Assembly (NCBI GenBank): GCA_951406725.2
Contig: OX597822.1
Coordinates: 112,840,001-112,904,000 of the forward strand
Length of the DNA: 64,000 nucleotides
Reading direction: 5' to 3'
Origin: Octopus vulgaris
Lineage: Eukaryota
Shown: positions 36,902 to 46,900 of the stretch, piece after piece
Position numbering within the stretch: position 1 is the first letter of the stretch
Layout: every line of letters begins with the position of its first letter
Program-made: the position numbers and the translations under genes
Notes under the pieces: generated by a model
The model's database searches: none
Told to the model about the DNA's origin: nothing
Seen by the model: the letters and a program-made list of their open reading frames with translations, nothing else

Positions 36902-39492
36902 GTGTATGGCTTTGTGTCTGTGTTTATCCTCCCACCATCACTTGACAACCGGTGTTGGTGTGCTTACGTCCTCGAAAGTAGCGGTCCGGCCAAAAGAGAC
37001 CGATAAATTAAGTACCAGGCTGAAAAAATAAATACTGGGGTCGAGTCATTCGACTAAAAATTCAAGGCGGTTCCCCATCATGGCCGCTATCTAATGATTG
37101 AAACAAGTATAGGATAAAAAGATAAAGATCTCAGTTTATGCTCGACTCTTGGTGCCAGTGAAGATATGAAAAGTCAATTTTACCAACGATTGAATAACAT
37201 TATTTTGAAAGGACCAACAAAAGACAGGCATTTACTTACAGATGATTTCAACGGAAAATTAAGGATAGTCAGGAATGGGAAGATGTTACAGATTAAGGAA
37301 GAAGATGCGGGAAACTGTAATCCCAACTAACTTCCCAATCCTGTTTTCTGTTCGAAATTCCCTCTTCATCGAAATTCCCTCTTCATCACTAACGTTCAGT
37401 TCCGACTTCGCGACTAATTTAAGACGACATGCATGTATTCACAATCCAGGTACTGACAGATTCTCGACTATATCATCGTCAGACATCAATACAAAAGTGT
37501 CGTCCTTGTCACCAGAAAACTCATAGTGTTGATATCTGTTGAACATTGCACTTGCCATCCATATCATGCATGGAGATCATCATTTGTGATAAACTATGAA
37601 ATCAATGGTATTTCAAAGTTAGAAAAATCCGTCACCAGACATAAATCTCAATCATCTAAATTCTTTCAATGAAGAATGCTTATCAGTTCGGAATATCAGC
37701 ATTGGAACAACGAAAGTAACATTGGTTTCAGCAAAAACGAAAATTCAGTATTTGTTTGATAATAAAAACGGTGAAATCAGTCTGCTTGCCGTGGAAAAGA
37801 GGAAGACTCACTCATCACACTAGTAACACACCAAGGCCAGCTCATGGACTATCACGATATCAAAAATTTAAGCACTAATATCAAACCAAACCCGAAGAAA
37901 TACAGAATATTTGGTGTCAATAGAGCCTCAAAATTATAGAGATGATATTATCTAAGAAAATTATTTGTGGAACGAAGTGAATGGTTAGCTTAGTATAGAT
38001 ATCTACGGGCAACTTTTCAACAGCAAACAACTCTAAAGCCCTGACGCGATTCGTAAGATATTCTCGAACACTAAAGAGAACATCTTTTCTCACCGCTGAA
38101 TTGAGAATGAACAACAGCAGATTTCTGGAAACATGTTCCATATCATTTTGAAAAAAAACTATGATTGAATGTAAATACATCATTTAAAAAGTTTCAAAAT
38201 ACTCCAAACATTACAAAACCAGAAAAATTCTCAGTTCTATAAAGCATTCTTCTTGAAGTAGTGAAATATGATAGGTTGTAGATCCAAGACGAGCCTCCAT
38301 CGCGGTAACAAACTCAAACGGAGGCAGCAATATCAAAGCTTCTTCTTCATCAAAAGCCAACCACATAGAAATGGCCATTGAAAAGGTAATTATACCGGCG
38401 TACCCAGACATGGCCACAGTCTTTAGGCAGAAATGCGTTAAAGAGTAAGAGGTTAAAATTAAACCTTCTTATTTAAGCACCGTAGGTAATATTTTGTATA
38501 AGACTAGGAGAATGTCCGGTTGCATCTGTTCTCTGTAGGTGATACATCAATTAATATTTTGATATCAGATTAGACACTGTCTTTAATTTAGTACATAACA
38601 GTTGGTTTATATAGGCAATAAAACTGTAAATGTGTTTATGATATAATATTCCATATGACAGGTCAACCGTCTGCAAGGAAGAAGTTTTGTTTTCATTTTA
38701 CTTTTTCGAGGAAATATCAGAAGAGCTTACCATTCATTGATACCCACCTCCGGCCATGATTAGTCAAGTAATTGATTATTTATCAGTACAGCTTCATTGC
38801 AAAATATAAATATAAGTATATATTAATAACGTAAAGTATACTAGCCATCTCAATATGGCTAACCACTAAGGGTGGGTGTTACTGTAGCTTTTAGCCCCAG
38901 GAGATCATCGTCTCCAGCTGGCTTTAGACACACTTTCTGTGCCCTTATGGTATTTGCAAAGGGAGGTCATCCCTCTCTCGTCAACCTAAGTGATACGCAC
39001 GGACTGCAGTTTCTAGGTATTTGCCTGTCTTCGGCGTACGGCAATCACTGGTTTTCGATGAAGGGAGACCATTTGCAAATCCTTATTTATTGTTTTTCCC
39101 AGTAACTTCCGTCACTGATTTCGAAAAACTGTCTGAACGAGATGTAAACAGTAACCGCTCGACAACGTAAAGTATACTAGCCATCTCAATATGGCTAACC
39201 ACTAAGGGTGAGTGTTACTGTAGCTTTTATCCCCATTTAGCCATTTGTTTTTGCTAGTTGATAGTAGATTGCTTTATATAATTATTTCTACCTTATAAAT
39301 GTTGTAATAATTTGAAATGCAGTCTAACAAATTTATTTGTTTATTCTTTTTCAGAATAGAATGATCTACCATAATGTAAGTAATCGGTGCTTAGAAAACG
39401 TTGAAAGGGATGTAATGTTAATGCCATGTGCTTATAAACCTCAACAATTGTGGAGTGTTTTGGAAAATAGACATGCCGAACATGAAAACTAA
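10612..39492 (+). CDS. GALNT: Polypeptide N-acetylgalactosaminyltransferase (GT27), whole gene model: 11 coding exons, 1962 nt, 653 aa
   Basis: Exons splice in frame through GT-AG introns. The product has an N-terminal TM and stem, GT-A motifs ([37 protein letters not shown]), Gal/GalNAc-T motifs ([30 protein letters not shown]) and a three-repeat ricin lectin. Isoform number not assignable. Confidence 0.95.
11733..12032 (-). mobile_element. SINE (C1-like head, tail T2)
   Basis: Matches 50441-50740; contains the V-SINE-like gcga(t/c)ggac(t/c)ggcgtcccgtccag. Confidence 0.8.
12265..12545. repeat. (TA)n with interspersed G
   Basis: Direct reading. Confidence 0.95.
12870..13600 (+). mobile_element. 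Decayed PLE reverse transcriptase
   Basis: [15 protein letters not shown] at ~13323 and YRDDGL at ~13580; many stops and frameshifts. Confidence 0.7.
14300..16250 (-). mobile_element. Disrupted non-LTR ORF1/gag-like sequence with zinc knuckle, split by the CR1 insertion
   Basis: ORF 14619..14981 continues past one stop into [25 protein letters not shown] (CX2CX4HX4C). Similar Lys/Glu-rich sequence resumes at 16041-16200. Confidence 0.7.
15041..16040 (-). mobile_element. 5'-truncated CR1-group LINE with open RT C-terminus and (TAT)n tail
   Basis: ORF 15155..16027: [49 protein letters not shown]; tail at 15041-15104. Confidence 0.92.
16449..16477 (+). mobile_element. Helitron-like 3' terminus
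   Basis: ccgggcaacgccggg...CTAG|T. Confidence 0.55.
17013..17705 (-). mobile_element. Truncated mariner transposon (5' TIR plus N-terminal transposase)
   Basis: ATG at 17521: [10 protein letters not shown]...GKNASQA...RSGRP...WVPNEL...TGGEKW; TIR ttgggttatccggaaagttcgtgccg. Confidence 0.88.
17835..17988 (+). CDS. GALNT: GALNT exon 2 (GKGGAGV...[15 protein letters not shown])
   Basis: ttag| acceptor, |gtaagt donor, phase 1 in and 2 out; conserved FNxxxSDxIxxxR. Confidence 0.93.
18372..18622. repeat. Palindromic element between (TA)n tracts
   Basis: Arms gaaagaaggtttgaaaatgc...ggttgtca and tgacaacc...gcattttcaaaccttctttc; the right arm has an internal deletion. Confidence 0.75.
18415..18462 (-). 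ncRNA. Hammerhead-like motif with U3:A8 core swap
   Basis: ttactt TTGACAA tcttt...aaaga gt GAAA ccag TA aagtaa: 6-bp stem I. The other arm has ccga, so the consensus loop is probably CCGG. Confidence 0.5.
20571..20989 (-). mobile_element. SINE family A copy
   Basis: Reverse-complement match. Confidence 0.85.
21230..21405. repeat. Imperfect palindromic element between (TA)n tracts
   Basis: Centred on taagaattctta at ~21316. Confidence 0.65.
21266..21304 (-). ncRNA. Hammerhead-like motif with U4C (CCGATGA)
   Basis: ctgt CCGATGA acg ggaa cgt GAAAC tcaga GTA gca; mirrored, more decayed copy on + at 21330-21367. Confidence 0.45.
21443..21748 (-). mobile_element. LINE 3' end fragment (CR1-like)
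   Basis: [21 protein letters not shown]...[16 protein letters not shown] followed by a short repeat tail. Confidence 0.7.
21861..22027 (+). CDS. GALNT: GALNT exon 3 ([25 protein letters not shown]...LVDDAS)
   Basis: cttcag| acceptor, |gtaagt donor, phase 2 in and 1 out. Confidence 0.96.
22560..23580 (+). mobile_element. Decayed PLE GIY-YIG endonuclease end plus inverted terminal repeat
   Basis: CIFNGHC...YARVTEGSF...NNHKFS...[10 protein letters not shown] and [14 protein letters not shown]; imperfect palindrome ~23050-23580. Confidence 0.6.
24052..24610 (-). mobile_element. SINE family A copy with ~110-bp insert in its TA tract
   Basis: Reverse-complement match; extra sequence at ~24290-24400. 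Confidence 0.8.
24776..24940 (+). CDS. GALNT: GALNT exon 4 (GLIRARL, DxH motif FLDSHCEC)
   Basis: tttcag| acceptor, |gtatca donor, phase 1 in and 1 out. Confidence 0.95.
25362..25470. repeat. (CACAGACATAGACAGA)n-type minisatellite
   Basis: Direct reading. Confidence 0.85.
25491..26395 (-). mobile_element. Internally deleted mariner element with both TIRs
   Basis: TIRs gaggtggt(g/a)tcaaaa...ggact; ORF 25673..26296 with [30 protein letters not shown]. Confidence 0.85.
26871..27340. mobile_element. Pogo/Tigger-type MITE
   Basis: TIRs CAGTAATCCC...GGGATTACTG flanked by a TA duplication. Confidence 0.8.
27572..27976 (-). mobile_element. SINE family A copy
   Basis: Reverse-complement match. Confidence 0.85.
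28853..29066 (+). CDS. GALNT: GALNT exon 5 (DWLRP...VVSPVIDII...[11 protein letters not shown])
   Basis: aag| acceptor, |gtgagt donor, phase 1 in and 2 out. Confidence 0.93.
29434..29765. repeat. Palindromic element plus tail; related to 57138-57275
   Basis: ~125-bp arms aattgcagcgtggaaggtg...ctgttcactg and cagtgaacag...caccttccacgctgcaatt. Confidence 0.8.
30370..30487 (+). CDS. GALNT: GALNT exon 6 (TPTLAGGLL...[11 protein letters not shown])
   Basis: tgcag| acceptor, |gtaaga donor, phase 2 in and 0 out. Confidence 0.95.
30695..30940 (-). mobile_element. SINE (C2+T2) nested in an older (GAT)n-tailed SINE fragment (~30645-31125)
   Basis: TSD ataaaatgcacc at 30683-30694 and 30941-30952. Confidence 0.8.
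31305..31586 (-). mobile_element. SINE (C1+T2)
   Basis: Head and tail match the other copies. Confidence 0.78.
31823..32008 (+). CDS. GALNT: GALNT exon 7 (WMCGG...[10 protein letters not shown]...RLAEVWMD)
   Basis: ttccag| acceptor, |gtgagt donor, phase 0. Confidence 0.96.
32417..32715. repeat. Palindromic element with ~135-bp arms around a short SINE-B fragment
   Basis: attctgttgtgtc...agttttgact and agtcaaaact...gacacaacagaat. Confidence 0.8.
32870..32998 (+). CDS. GALNT: GALNT exon 8 ([29 protein letters not shown]); absent from the ORF track
   Basis: ttctag| acceptor, |gtaagg donor, phase 0; hallmark GDVSxRxxLRxxLxCKSFxWYL. Confidence 0.95.
33200..33787 (-). mobile_element. SINE family B-related trimer (different subfamily)
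   Basis: Three ~180-bp units; head at ~33720-33787. Confidence 0.8.
33842..34258 (+). mobile_element. SINE family A (tRNA head, CORE-like accttgggcaagt, internal TA/TG tract), full copy
   Basis: A/B-box-like tggctgtgtgg and ggttcagtccc; at least 7 copies in window. Confidence 0.85.
35097..35186 (+). CDS. GALNT: GALNT exon 9 (lectin alpha repeat, CLEAALG...C...GNQ)
   Basis: ttaag| acceptor, CAG|gtagaa donor, phase 0. Confidence 0.85.
35995..36196 (-). mobile_element. Mariner 5' end remnant, same family as 17013-17705
   Basis: Close match to 17510-17705. Confidence 0.8.
36490..36612 (+). CDS. GALNT: GALNT exon 10 (lectin beta repeat, CLDF...[10 protein letters not shown])
   Basis: ctcag| acceptor, |gtgagt donor, phase 0. 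Confidence 0.92.
36712..37126 (+). mobile_element. SINE family A copy (diverged)
   Basis: Matches 33842-34258. Confidence 0.8.
37127..38430 (+). mobile_element. Decayed RTE-like LINE (APE endonuclease region)
   Basis: ISVYA.../ [12 protein letters not shown] / DDFNG remnants with stops. Confidence 0.55.
39355..39492 (+). CDS. GALNT: GALNT exon 11 (lectin gamma repeat, CLE...C...QQLW, stop); absent from the ORF track
   Basis: tttttcag| acceptor; [45 protein letters not shown] then TAA. Confidence 0.88.
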   Translation, partial: NRMIYHNVSNRCLENVERDVMLMPCAYKPQQLWSVLENRHAEHEN

Positions 39493-40289
39493 ACGAGCTA
39501 CTTCTGAATATAAATGTCAGTCCCTTCGTGATATTCTGCTCAAGAATCCTGTGTCTACCTGAATAATGCAAAATAATTCCTGCCAAGGAAGCTAGTCAAG
39601 TGAAAAAGCGGCGGAAAGCTTGAATATACACCTCAGTTTCTGGTATAACTTTTATAGGATGTTGGGAAGTCGTAGAAGAAATGATTGATACGGCTTACCT
39701 CCTTTAAAGCAATTGATTGCTTTTTGGATGAGAAAATACAAAATTCAAGAAGAACAAAGCATGTCTTAAATATCAAATACTTGGAAATAGTGATCAACTT
39801 GTTTTATTATTATTATTATGTGTAACTGAGTTATATAAAATAATTTTTATACTGAGATAAAAGATGATCAAATGATGTACACTCATTTGTACTAAGGACT
39901 AACATAATGCAATATTTAATACAGAAAATGCGCCTAGGGACCTCTAGCGTTTTGTATAAACTGCTCTGGCGAAACAATTCCATTCCAACACTTATTAATT
40001 AAATTTTCTTAAAGAATCGCCCGACAAACATTTGTTCTCACATATATGATTGGGATATATATTCATTTAATCTGTAAACTCGGTGTTAATTCAATCATAT
40101 ATTACCCGCAGAGTCGTATCTAATGTCAGACATACCAGTGTGTTTCACTATACATGCATATTGCTATAGTATAATACACCAGATAGTCCTGTATTTCGTT
40201 TTCATTGCAACATTTCTCACTTTCAATACTAAAGTCACAGATTGCATCTTGTATGACAATGCATATGTTTTGATATGTTAGTGCAATTC

Positions 40290-40295
40290 AATAAA
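40290..40295 (+). terminator. Candidate GALNT polyadenylation signal
   Basis: AATAAA ~800 nt after the stop, followed by T/GT-rich sequence. The hexamer is common in AT-rich DNA. Confidence 0.3.
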
Positions 40296-41014
40296 CATTT
40301 TTATGGTCAGTTTTTCTGTTGATTTAACTCTGAAAACTTAGAAAGATTAAAATGTATTTGAATATAGGAAATTTAAGGAATTTAAGGTTTCTTCCCTGAG
40401 CTCAAACTTATCTTGAAATAGAAATTGTTTCACTGAATCTAGCCTTGTATAACTACTATATAGGTTACCTATATTATAACTGTGTAGACTCAGATTCCCA
40501 TTGATAGATCCCAGATATTAAAATAGCATTAACGCTCACGGTACGCAAATTAGTAGTTCCAGTTCTCTGGAACTATTGGATTTGTTGAGTATCATTCAAC
40601 CACGGTAATCTTAAGTCTACCATTTTCTTAATTGCAGCAGTTTCCAAGCTTCACCAGTAATTCAGTGCTCAACTAAATTGCAAACTGTTAACAGTTTTAA
40701 AGGAGAAACCTCCTCAGCTACACTTTGGCATAAATAATTTGAGATTTGGTTCAACAGAAGAAAAGTTGCATCAAAATGTCTGCGACTTCAGGGGGGGGGG
40801 CAGTAAGTCACCTATTCACTTTCAATTAACAGAAACTTTTTAATTTTAAAATAAAAGTATACTTTTCTCAGGCTTAAATGATAGAAAAATGTATGAGGAA
40901 TTCAGAGTTGTTAGTCGCATTGAACAAAAATTAGTAGAAGAAAAATTATGGAGTGAAATACCACGAAAAATAACTTCACAACAAAGCACGATGAATGAAC
41001 CGTCTTTATATATG

Positions 41015-41053
<39 letters not shown>

Positions 41054-41260
41054 AATATTAGGGAATAAATCCAAACTTACAGGGAAAATCAGATTTAGGA
41101 TTGAATCCAATTTTATAGTTAAATATTATATTATATTAAATTAGAGATAAAACCACTATTAGGCAAATCATACAATGAAAAACTTAAGCCAATACATAAG
41201 ATTATTTAATTTATATTATTTAAATATATAACAAAATTATTAAAAAAATATAATTAATAT

Positions 41261-41329
41261 AACACTACGATCGTTTCATGGCTGTTAATTTCTTTAAGTT
41301 TTCGACTTACAGTCATTCATCAGGTGGTT
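41261..41329 (-). ncRNA. Minimal type I hammerhead ribozyme motif, left arm of palindrome
   Basis: Reverse complement of the 41410 motif with 6 extra nt in loop II. Confidence 0.75.
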
Positions 41330-41409
41330 TAAATATTTAACTTGGCGAGGTTTAATCAATGAACTAAAATTTTAGTTCATTGATTAAACCTCGCCAAGTT
41401 AAATATTTA

Positions 41410-41472
41410 AACCACCTGATGAATGACTGTAAGTCGAAAAGAAATTAACAGCCATGAAACGATCGTAGTGTT
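41410..41472 (+). ncRNA. Minimal type I hammerhead ribozyme motif, right arm of palindrome
   Basis: cac CTGATGA atgactgt...acagccat GAAAC gatc GTA gtg; stem II 7/8 paired, palindromic ACGATCGT. Confidence 0.75.
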
Positions 41473-41838
41473 ATATTAATTATATTTTTTTAATAATTTT
41501 GTTATATATTTAAATAATATAAATTAAATAATCTTATGTATTGGCTTAAGTTTTTCATTGTATGATTTGCCTAATAGTGGTTTTATCTCTAATTTAATAT
41601 ATATATATATATAGTCTTAAACTGCTCATGTAGAAACTAAGGATTACATAACAAGTGTTTGGTTATCATTTAAAAAAATCCGTTCTTTATGTTGAAAATG
41701 TAATTGCTGTTACACGTAACAATAAGGTGAGCGTATTCTAAAGTACCTGTGCGTGGCTTCTGTTAGAAGTGAAATGATTGTTCTTTTTTTTGTTGTAATT
41801 TTTTTTGTTCGGAATTTCTTTACAATTATATCAATAAT

Positions 41839-42255
41839 CAATTCTTTACTGCCCACAAGGGACCAAACATAGAGGGGACGAACAAGGACAGACAAAAGGA
41901 TTAAGACGATTACATCGACCCCCAGTGCGATACTGGTACTTTATTTATCGACCCCCCAAAGAATGAAAGGCACAGTCGACCTCGGCAGAATTTGAACTCA
42001 GAACGTAACGACAGACGAAATACCTATTTCTTTATTACTCACAAGGGTCTAAATATAGAAGGGACAAACAAGGACAGACAAAGGGATTAAGTCGATTACA
42101 GCGACTCCAGTGCGAAACTGGTACTTATTTAATTGACCCCGAAAGGATGAACAGCAAAGTCGACCTCGACGGAATTTGAACACAGAACGTAACGACAGAC
42201 GAAATACCGCTAAGCATTTCGCCCGGCGCGCTAACGTTTCTGCCAGCTCACCGCC
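41839..42255 (-). mobile_element. SINE family B dimer
   Basis: 18-bp TSD tacaattatatcaataat. Confidence 0.88.
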
Positions 42256-42674
42256 TACAATTATATCAATAATATTAATAGTTGTCTTATGGATGGATAC
42301 ACATTTTAGAACATAATTCGTAAGTGATATGACTTTTGAAAACGGAACACTGGAAACTTTATTTAAGTGCCGTTCTCATTAGGATTAAAACTATTAAGAC
42401 TTCATGAATGATGAATTTTTGTAAGTCTCAATACAACGTGATAAAATGAAGCAAAACATTTTTTCTCTTAAACTCGGAAACTCTTGATGAAATGTCACAA
42501 CCATACGCTTGGATAGTAACTAATGTGTGTAGAGTGTACGAGTATTATATACTTTCACTGAAGAAAGTTTATTAAGAAAATATTTGTTACTTAAAGATAA
42601 AGCAAGAGATTTACAAATAATATTTTAATTAAAACATTTATGTCATGAATTAATTTTGACTGTATTTATTAAAT

Positions 42675-43099
42675 TTAATCTTTTCGATGAATCCAGATAG
42701 GGTGTTTTTTTCCAAATGTTCGAATGACAAACTCTCTGAAGAAAGAATCACATTTGTGGGCAGTCAGTCCAATTAATTGTATAATCAGTGAAAAACTATA
42801 GACTGAACAAGTTATAATTCCAAAGATAGTGTCGTGTTTCGAGATGGTCAAATAAAGACCACTGAGTAAACAAGCCCAAATTATGTTACAGAGCAGCAAA
42901 ATTCCCACCAACCGATTGCGCAATATTTTAAGCCGAATTTTGAGGGTTACTTGGTCAGTGCCTAAATTGACATCAGTCCCTAGAATGGCGACACGAAGGT
43001 CTTCCCAAAATGTTTGTTCTTTCTGCAGCAAAATATGTTTGGCTGGGTCGCATGTTTCAAGGTCACGTTCACCATTGAATTGCTGCGATTCGGGTATTT
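42675..43099 (-). CDS. CHS: CHS terminal exon ([12 protein letters not shown], two TMs, stop)
   Basis: atag| acceptor after a 139-nt intron; in frame with ORF 42675..43031. Candidate AATAAA on - at 42568-42573. Confidence 0.88.
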
Positions 43100-43385
43100 C
43101 TATTATAAATAGAAGAAAGGAGATTTCTTACCAACTACCAATTATTACTGAATAATGCATAAGACTCAATAATTTGATTCTTCGTATGAAAAGATGTTAT
43201 CTTTTTATTAATAGTAACAAACGTATCATTTATCTCACCTTGTCTCTTGATACTTTTCTCTTTTGTGAACAATCTGTCAGACATGTGTCGGTAACAACTT
43301 GTGCCGTCACTATCCTACAGAAAACAAATAAATAGAAGTTTATGGCACAAATACACACACATACATACACAAACACATATATATG

Positions 43386-43437
<52 letters not shown>

Positions 43438-43473
43438 CATATTATATATATATATACATATACATATACATAT

Positions 43474-43504
<31 letters not shown>

Positions 43505-43588
43505 ATATATATACATATAATATATATATATATATATAATATATATATATATACACATATATATATATATATACATATACATATATGT

Positions 43589-43620
<32 letters not shown>

Positions 43621-43895
43621 GTATATATATATACATATACATATATGTATATATATATATACATATACATATATGTATATATATACATATACATATATGT
43701 ATATATATACATATACATATATGTATATATATACATATACATATATGTATACATATACATATATGTATATAGATATATATATACATATATGTATATATAT
43801 ATATACATATACATATATGTATATATATATATACATATACATATATGTATATATATATACATATACATATATGTATATATATATACATATATATG

Positions 43896-43952
<57 letters not shown>

Positions 43953-46900
43953 AGAGAGAGAGAAAGGGGATGGTTAATGAGTCTTTCCAGACATAGTATA
44001 CATAGCTTATTAAGGAGAAATATTCGTCAAGATACGACCACTCACTGTAGATCCTAGATTCAGAGCGTAGAGGAAATAGATTTTATATTTGAGGATCCGA
44101 ATATCATTTAATTATAAAAAGAATATCAAACGCCTTAATTTCACGAACATCTGCACATCCTTTTTCGAGATTATAGAACCGGTGAACAAAGAATTTGGCG
44201 TTATTGTGTGGCGGACTAACTTTCACTGAAAAGTTGTCCGGTAACGCAACGACACCTACTTCTACCTCAAGATACTCAAGGACCATTAAATGATTCGGTC
44301 TTCCACACAACATTTTACTGATACTAATTATATCATAAACAGACTTTGAATCTCCCCTTGTATTCTCTTAATATTCTCCCAAGCCTCTCCACTGCACCTA
44401 TCTGCAGCTAGCTCGATAGTCTCGTATCATCTCTCACCGCTTCCCTGTCCTCTCACATATTCTTTCGACTGGTTTTCTTTCCCTCCTGGATCCTCTTATC
44501 ACTTCTTGACAATGGATATGAAATCTCTCAGCACTGTACGTAATCCCCCACTGTAACGATCTTTAACCATTTTCCAATCTTCCGCCCTCCACTGAATCTA
44601 GTACATCCAAGCTTCTTCACTGAACTGAACTTGCTTTATCCTCAGTCTCTTCTCCGCTGAGTTCAATCAACAAATCACCGGTACGGTTATCAAGATGGCA
44701 CCAATTACTACGAACTCTTTGTGAGCTATTTTCATATGTTTAGCCAATTCCCCGGACCCACATTGATAAACCCCACATCTTTACGTCAATGCATTATAAT
44801 TACGCTGATTCTCAACGTACCACAATTTTCTTCTCTCCTTATTAAGCCTAACACTGCTAATCTAGCAATTTCTTCGACTCTGCTGTCTATGCAGCAGCAA
44901 CTCGAATTTCTTTTTGAAATACCAGCAAATCCACCAATTTCTCCTCACATTTGAATCATCGTTTGTTGCAGTGTTCCATCAAGCCTAGACCGTTCTAATC
45001 CAAGACACCCATACATAGAGTTTTGTTTTTAATTCTACTACATTTTATCCGGTAACTCTGCACTTTCTACAACTTTCATTTGCTTTACAATAATTCTAAA
45101 ATTGCTACGAACTTTCTCTATCCTGCTATCTTTTAATAAAAAAACTTTACATGATCTATTAGTCAAAAATTCCGTCCGAGTAAATCTCTTCCTTTCACTT
45201 TCAAAAGTTACCGCTCTGTATCCCAGTCTTGTTCCTTTCTTGTGCAACAGAGCATCCATAAATTGCTCCTAAGTCCAGCAACAAGCCACTTTAGTAACAT
45301 CACTACCAACCTTTTTTTGCTACACCAACTATAAAATACGCAGATTGCTATACATGTGACATACTTGCTACCGTTAAGGAAGATCCTTCGCTTTCATGAG
45401 TACCTTCTCTATGCGCTAAATAACTTCAAAGTACATTCCAAACCGATAACATGACACTTTTATTCGCCAAGATACTTCTAAGACAATCTTAGAAAATGTC
45501 CCTCTGCAAGCACCAAGAAAAACATATCTTTACTAAAGTGAACTAAATACAAAAGAACATTAGCTAGCTATAGTAAACTATTTGTTTTGATAAATAACAC
45601 GCTTCAAAGTAATATCTGATCATTTCCTTTTAATTACGAATAAAACACGAAAAGCTGTATATTAAAGAAAAATATTTTTTTCCCAACGTTTTGTTTGCCC
45701 AAAACCTTGCATTAAATCCAAATGCTTTTCGTTCATAGCTCATCACAAACGCTGTACATAACATATGGCACTTAACTCTCAATCCAGTAATCAGAAAACA
45801 CCATTTGCTAATATTACAGATCCCTTATTTCTTTATTGCCCACAAGGGGCTAAACGTAGAGGGGATAAACAAGGACAGACAAACGGATTAAGTCGATTAC
45901 ATCGACTCCAGTGCGTAACTGGCCCTTAATTTATCGACCCCGAAAGGAAGAAAGGCAAAGTCGACCTCGGCGGAATTTTAACTCAGAACGTAGCGGCAGA
46001 CGAAATACCAATTTCTTTATTACCCACAAGGGGCTAAACACAGAGAGGATAAACAAGGACAGACAAACGGATTAAGTCGATTATATCGACCCCAGTGCGT
46101 AACTGGTACTTATTTAATCGACCCCGAAAGGATGAAAGGCAAAGTCGACCTCGGCGGAATTTGAACTCAGAACGTAACGGCAGACGAAATACCGCTTAGC
46201 ATTTCGCCCAGCGCGCTAACGTTTCTGCCAGCTCGCCGCCTTAATATTACAGATCCCTGTTGTGAAATAGGGAAGTCACTGTACACTTGTAAAATACTTA
46301 ATTATGTTGTAAAGATCTCCTCGTGAGTAAAACATTTGGTGGTCTCGCCCGCTTAGAATTTTGGAAACGGACATAAAATGCAGTATATCATCTGAAACAG
46401 CTCAGTAACGATAGCGAAGATAAAGATATGAAATATCACTTACACTTTCACGTGTTCCCCATCGTTGATCCACAATATTAGAAACAGCATAAAATGGCAG
46501 TAAAATGTACATTGCCGGGAAAACAACCAAAAAGGTGAGACCATGAATGAGAGTCCAGGCTTCTTTGGGGTGTATTAAAGCAGCGTATAAAACAGCAGTC
46601 ATCAGTAGTAAAATTAAATAGTATTGTTTGAACTGAAGCTGTCCGTCCTGAAGATCTGGCCAATAAAATCAGAGCATGGAAATTTTATAACATGACATAT
46701 ACTCTTGTTAAATTGTTTAAATTTATTAATGATTGAAAAATAGGGTGTTCGGGCTAAATTTGACGCTCTTTTAAGTCTGCTTTTTTCAGGAACAACTTGA
46801 TGTAATGGGGAACAGCCAGCAGCATTGCAAAGCATAAAGATTAAAGTTGAAGCTGAGAAAAAGTTAGCTTACAAGGAGGAATGGAAGCCACTGGAATATT

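Larger units (their letters stand above)
41051..41601. mobile_element. Palindromic PLE-terminus element in (TA)n
   Basis: Spacerless inverted repeat centred at 41369/41370 with ~235-bp arms; terminus homologous to 2219-2330. Confidence 0.7.
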
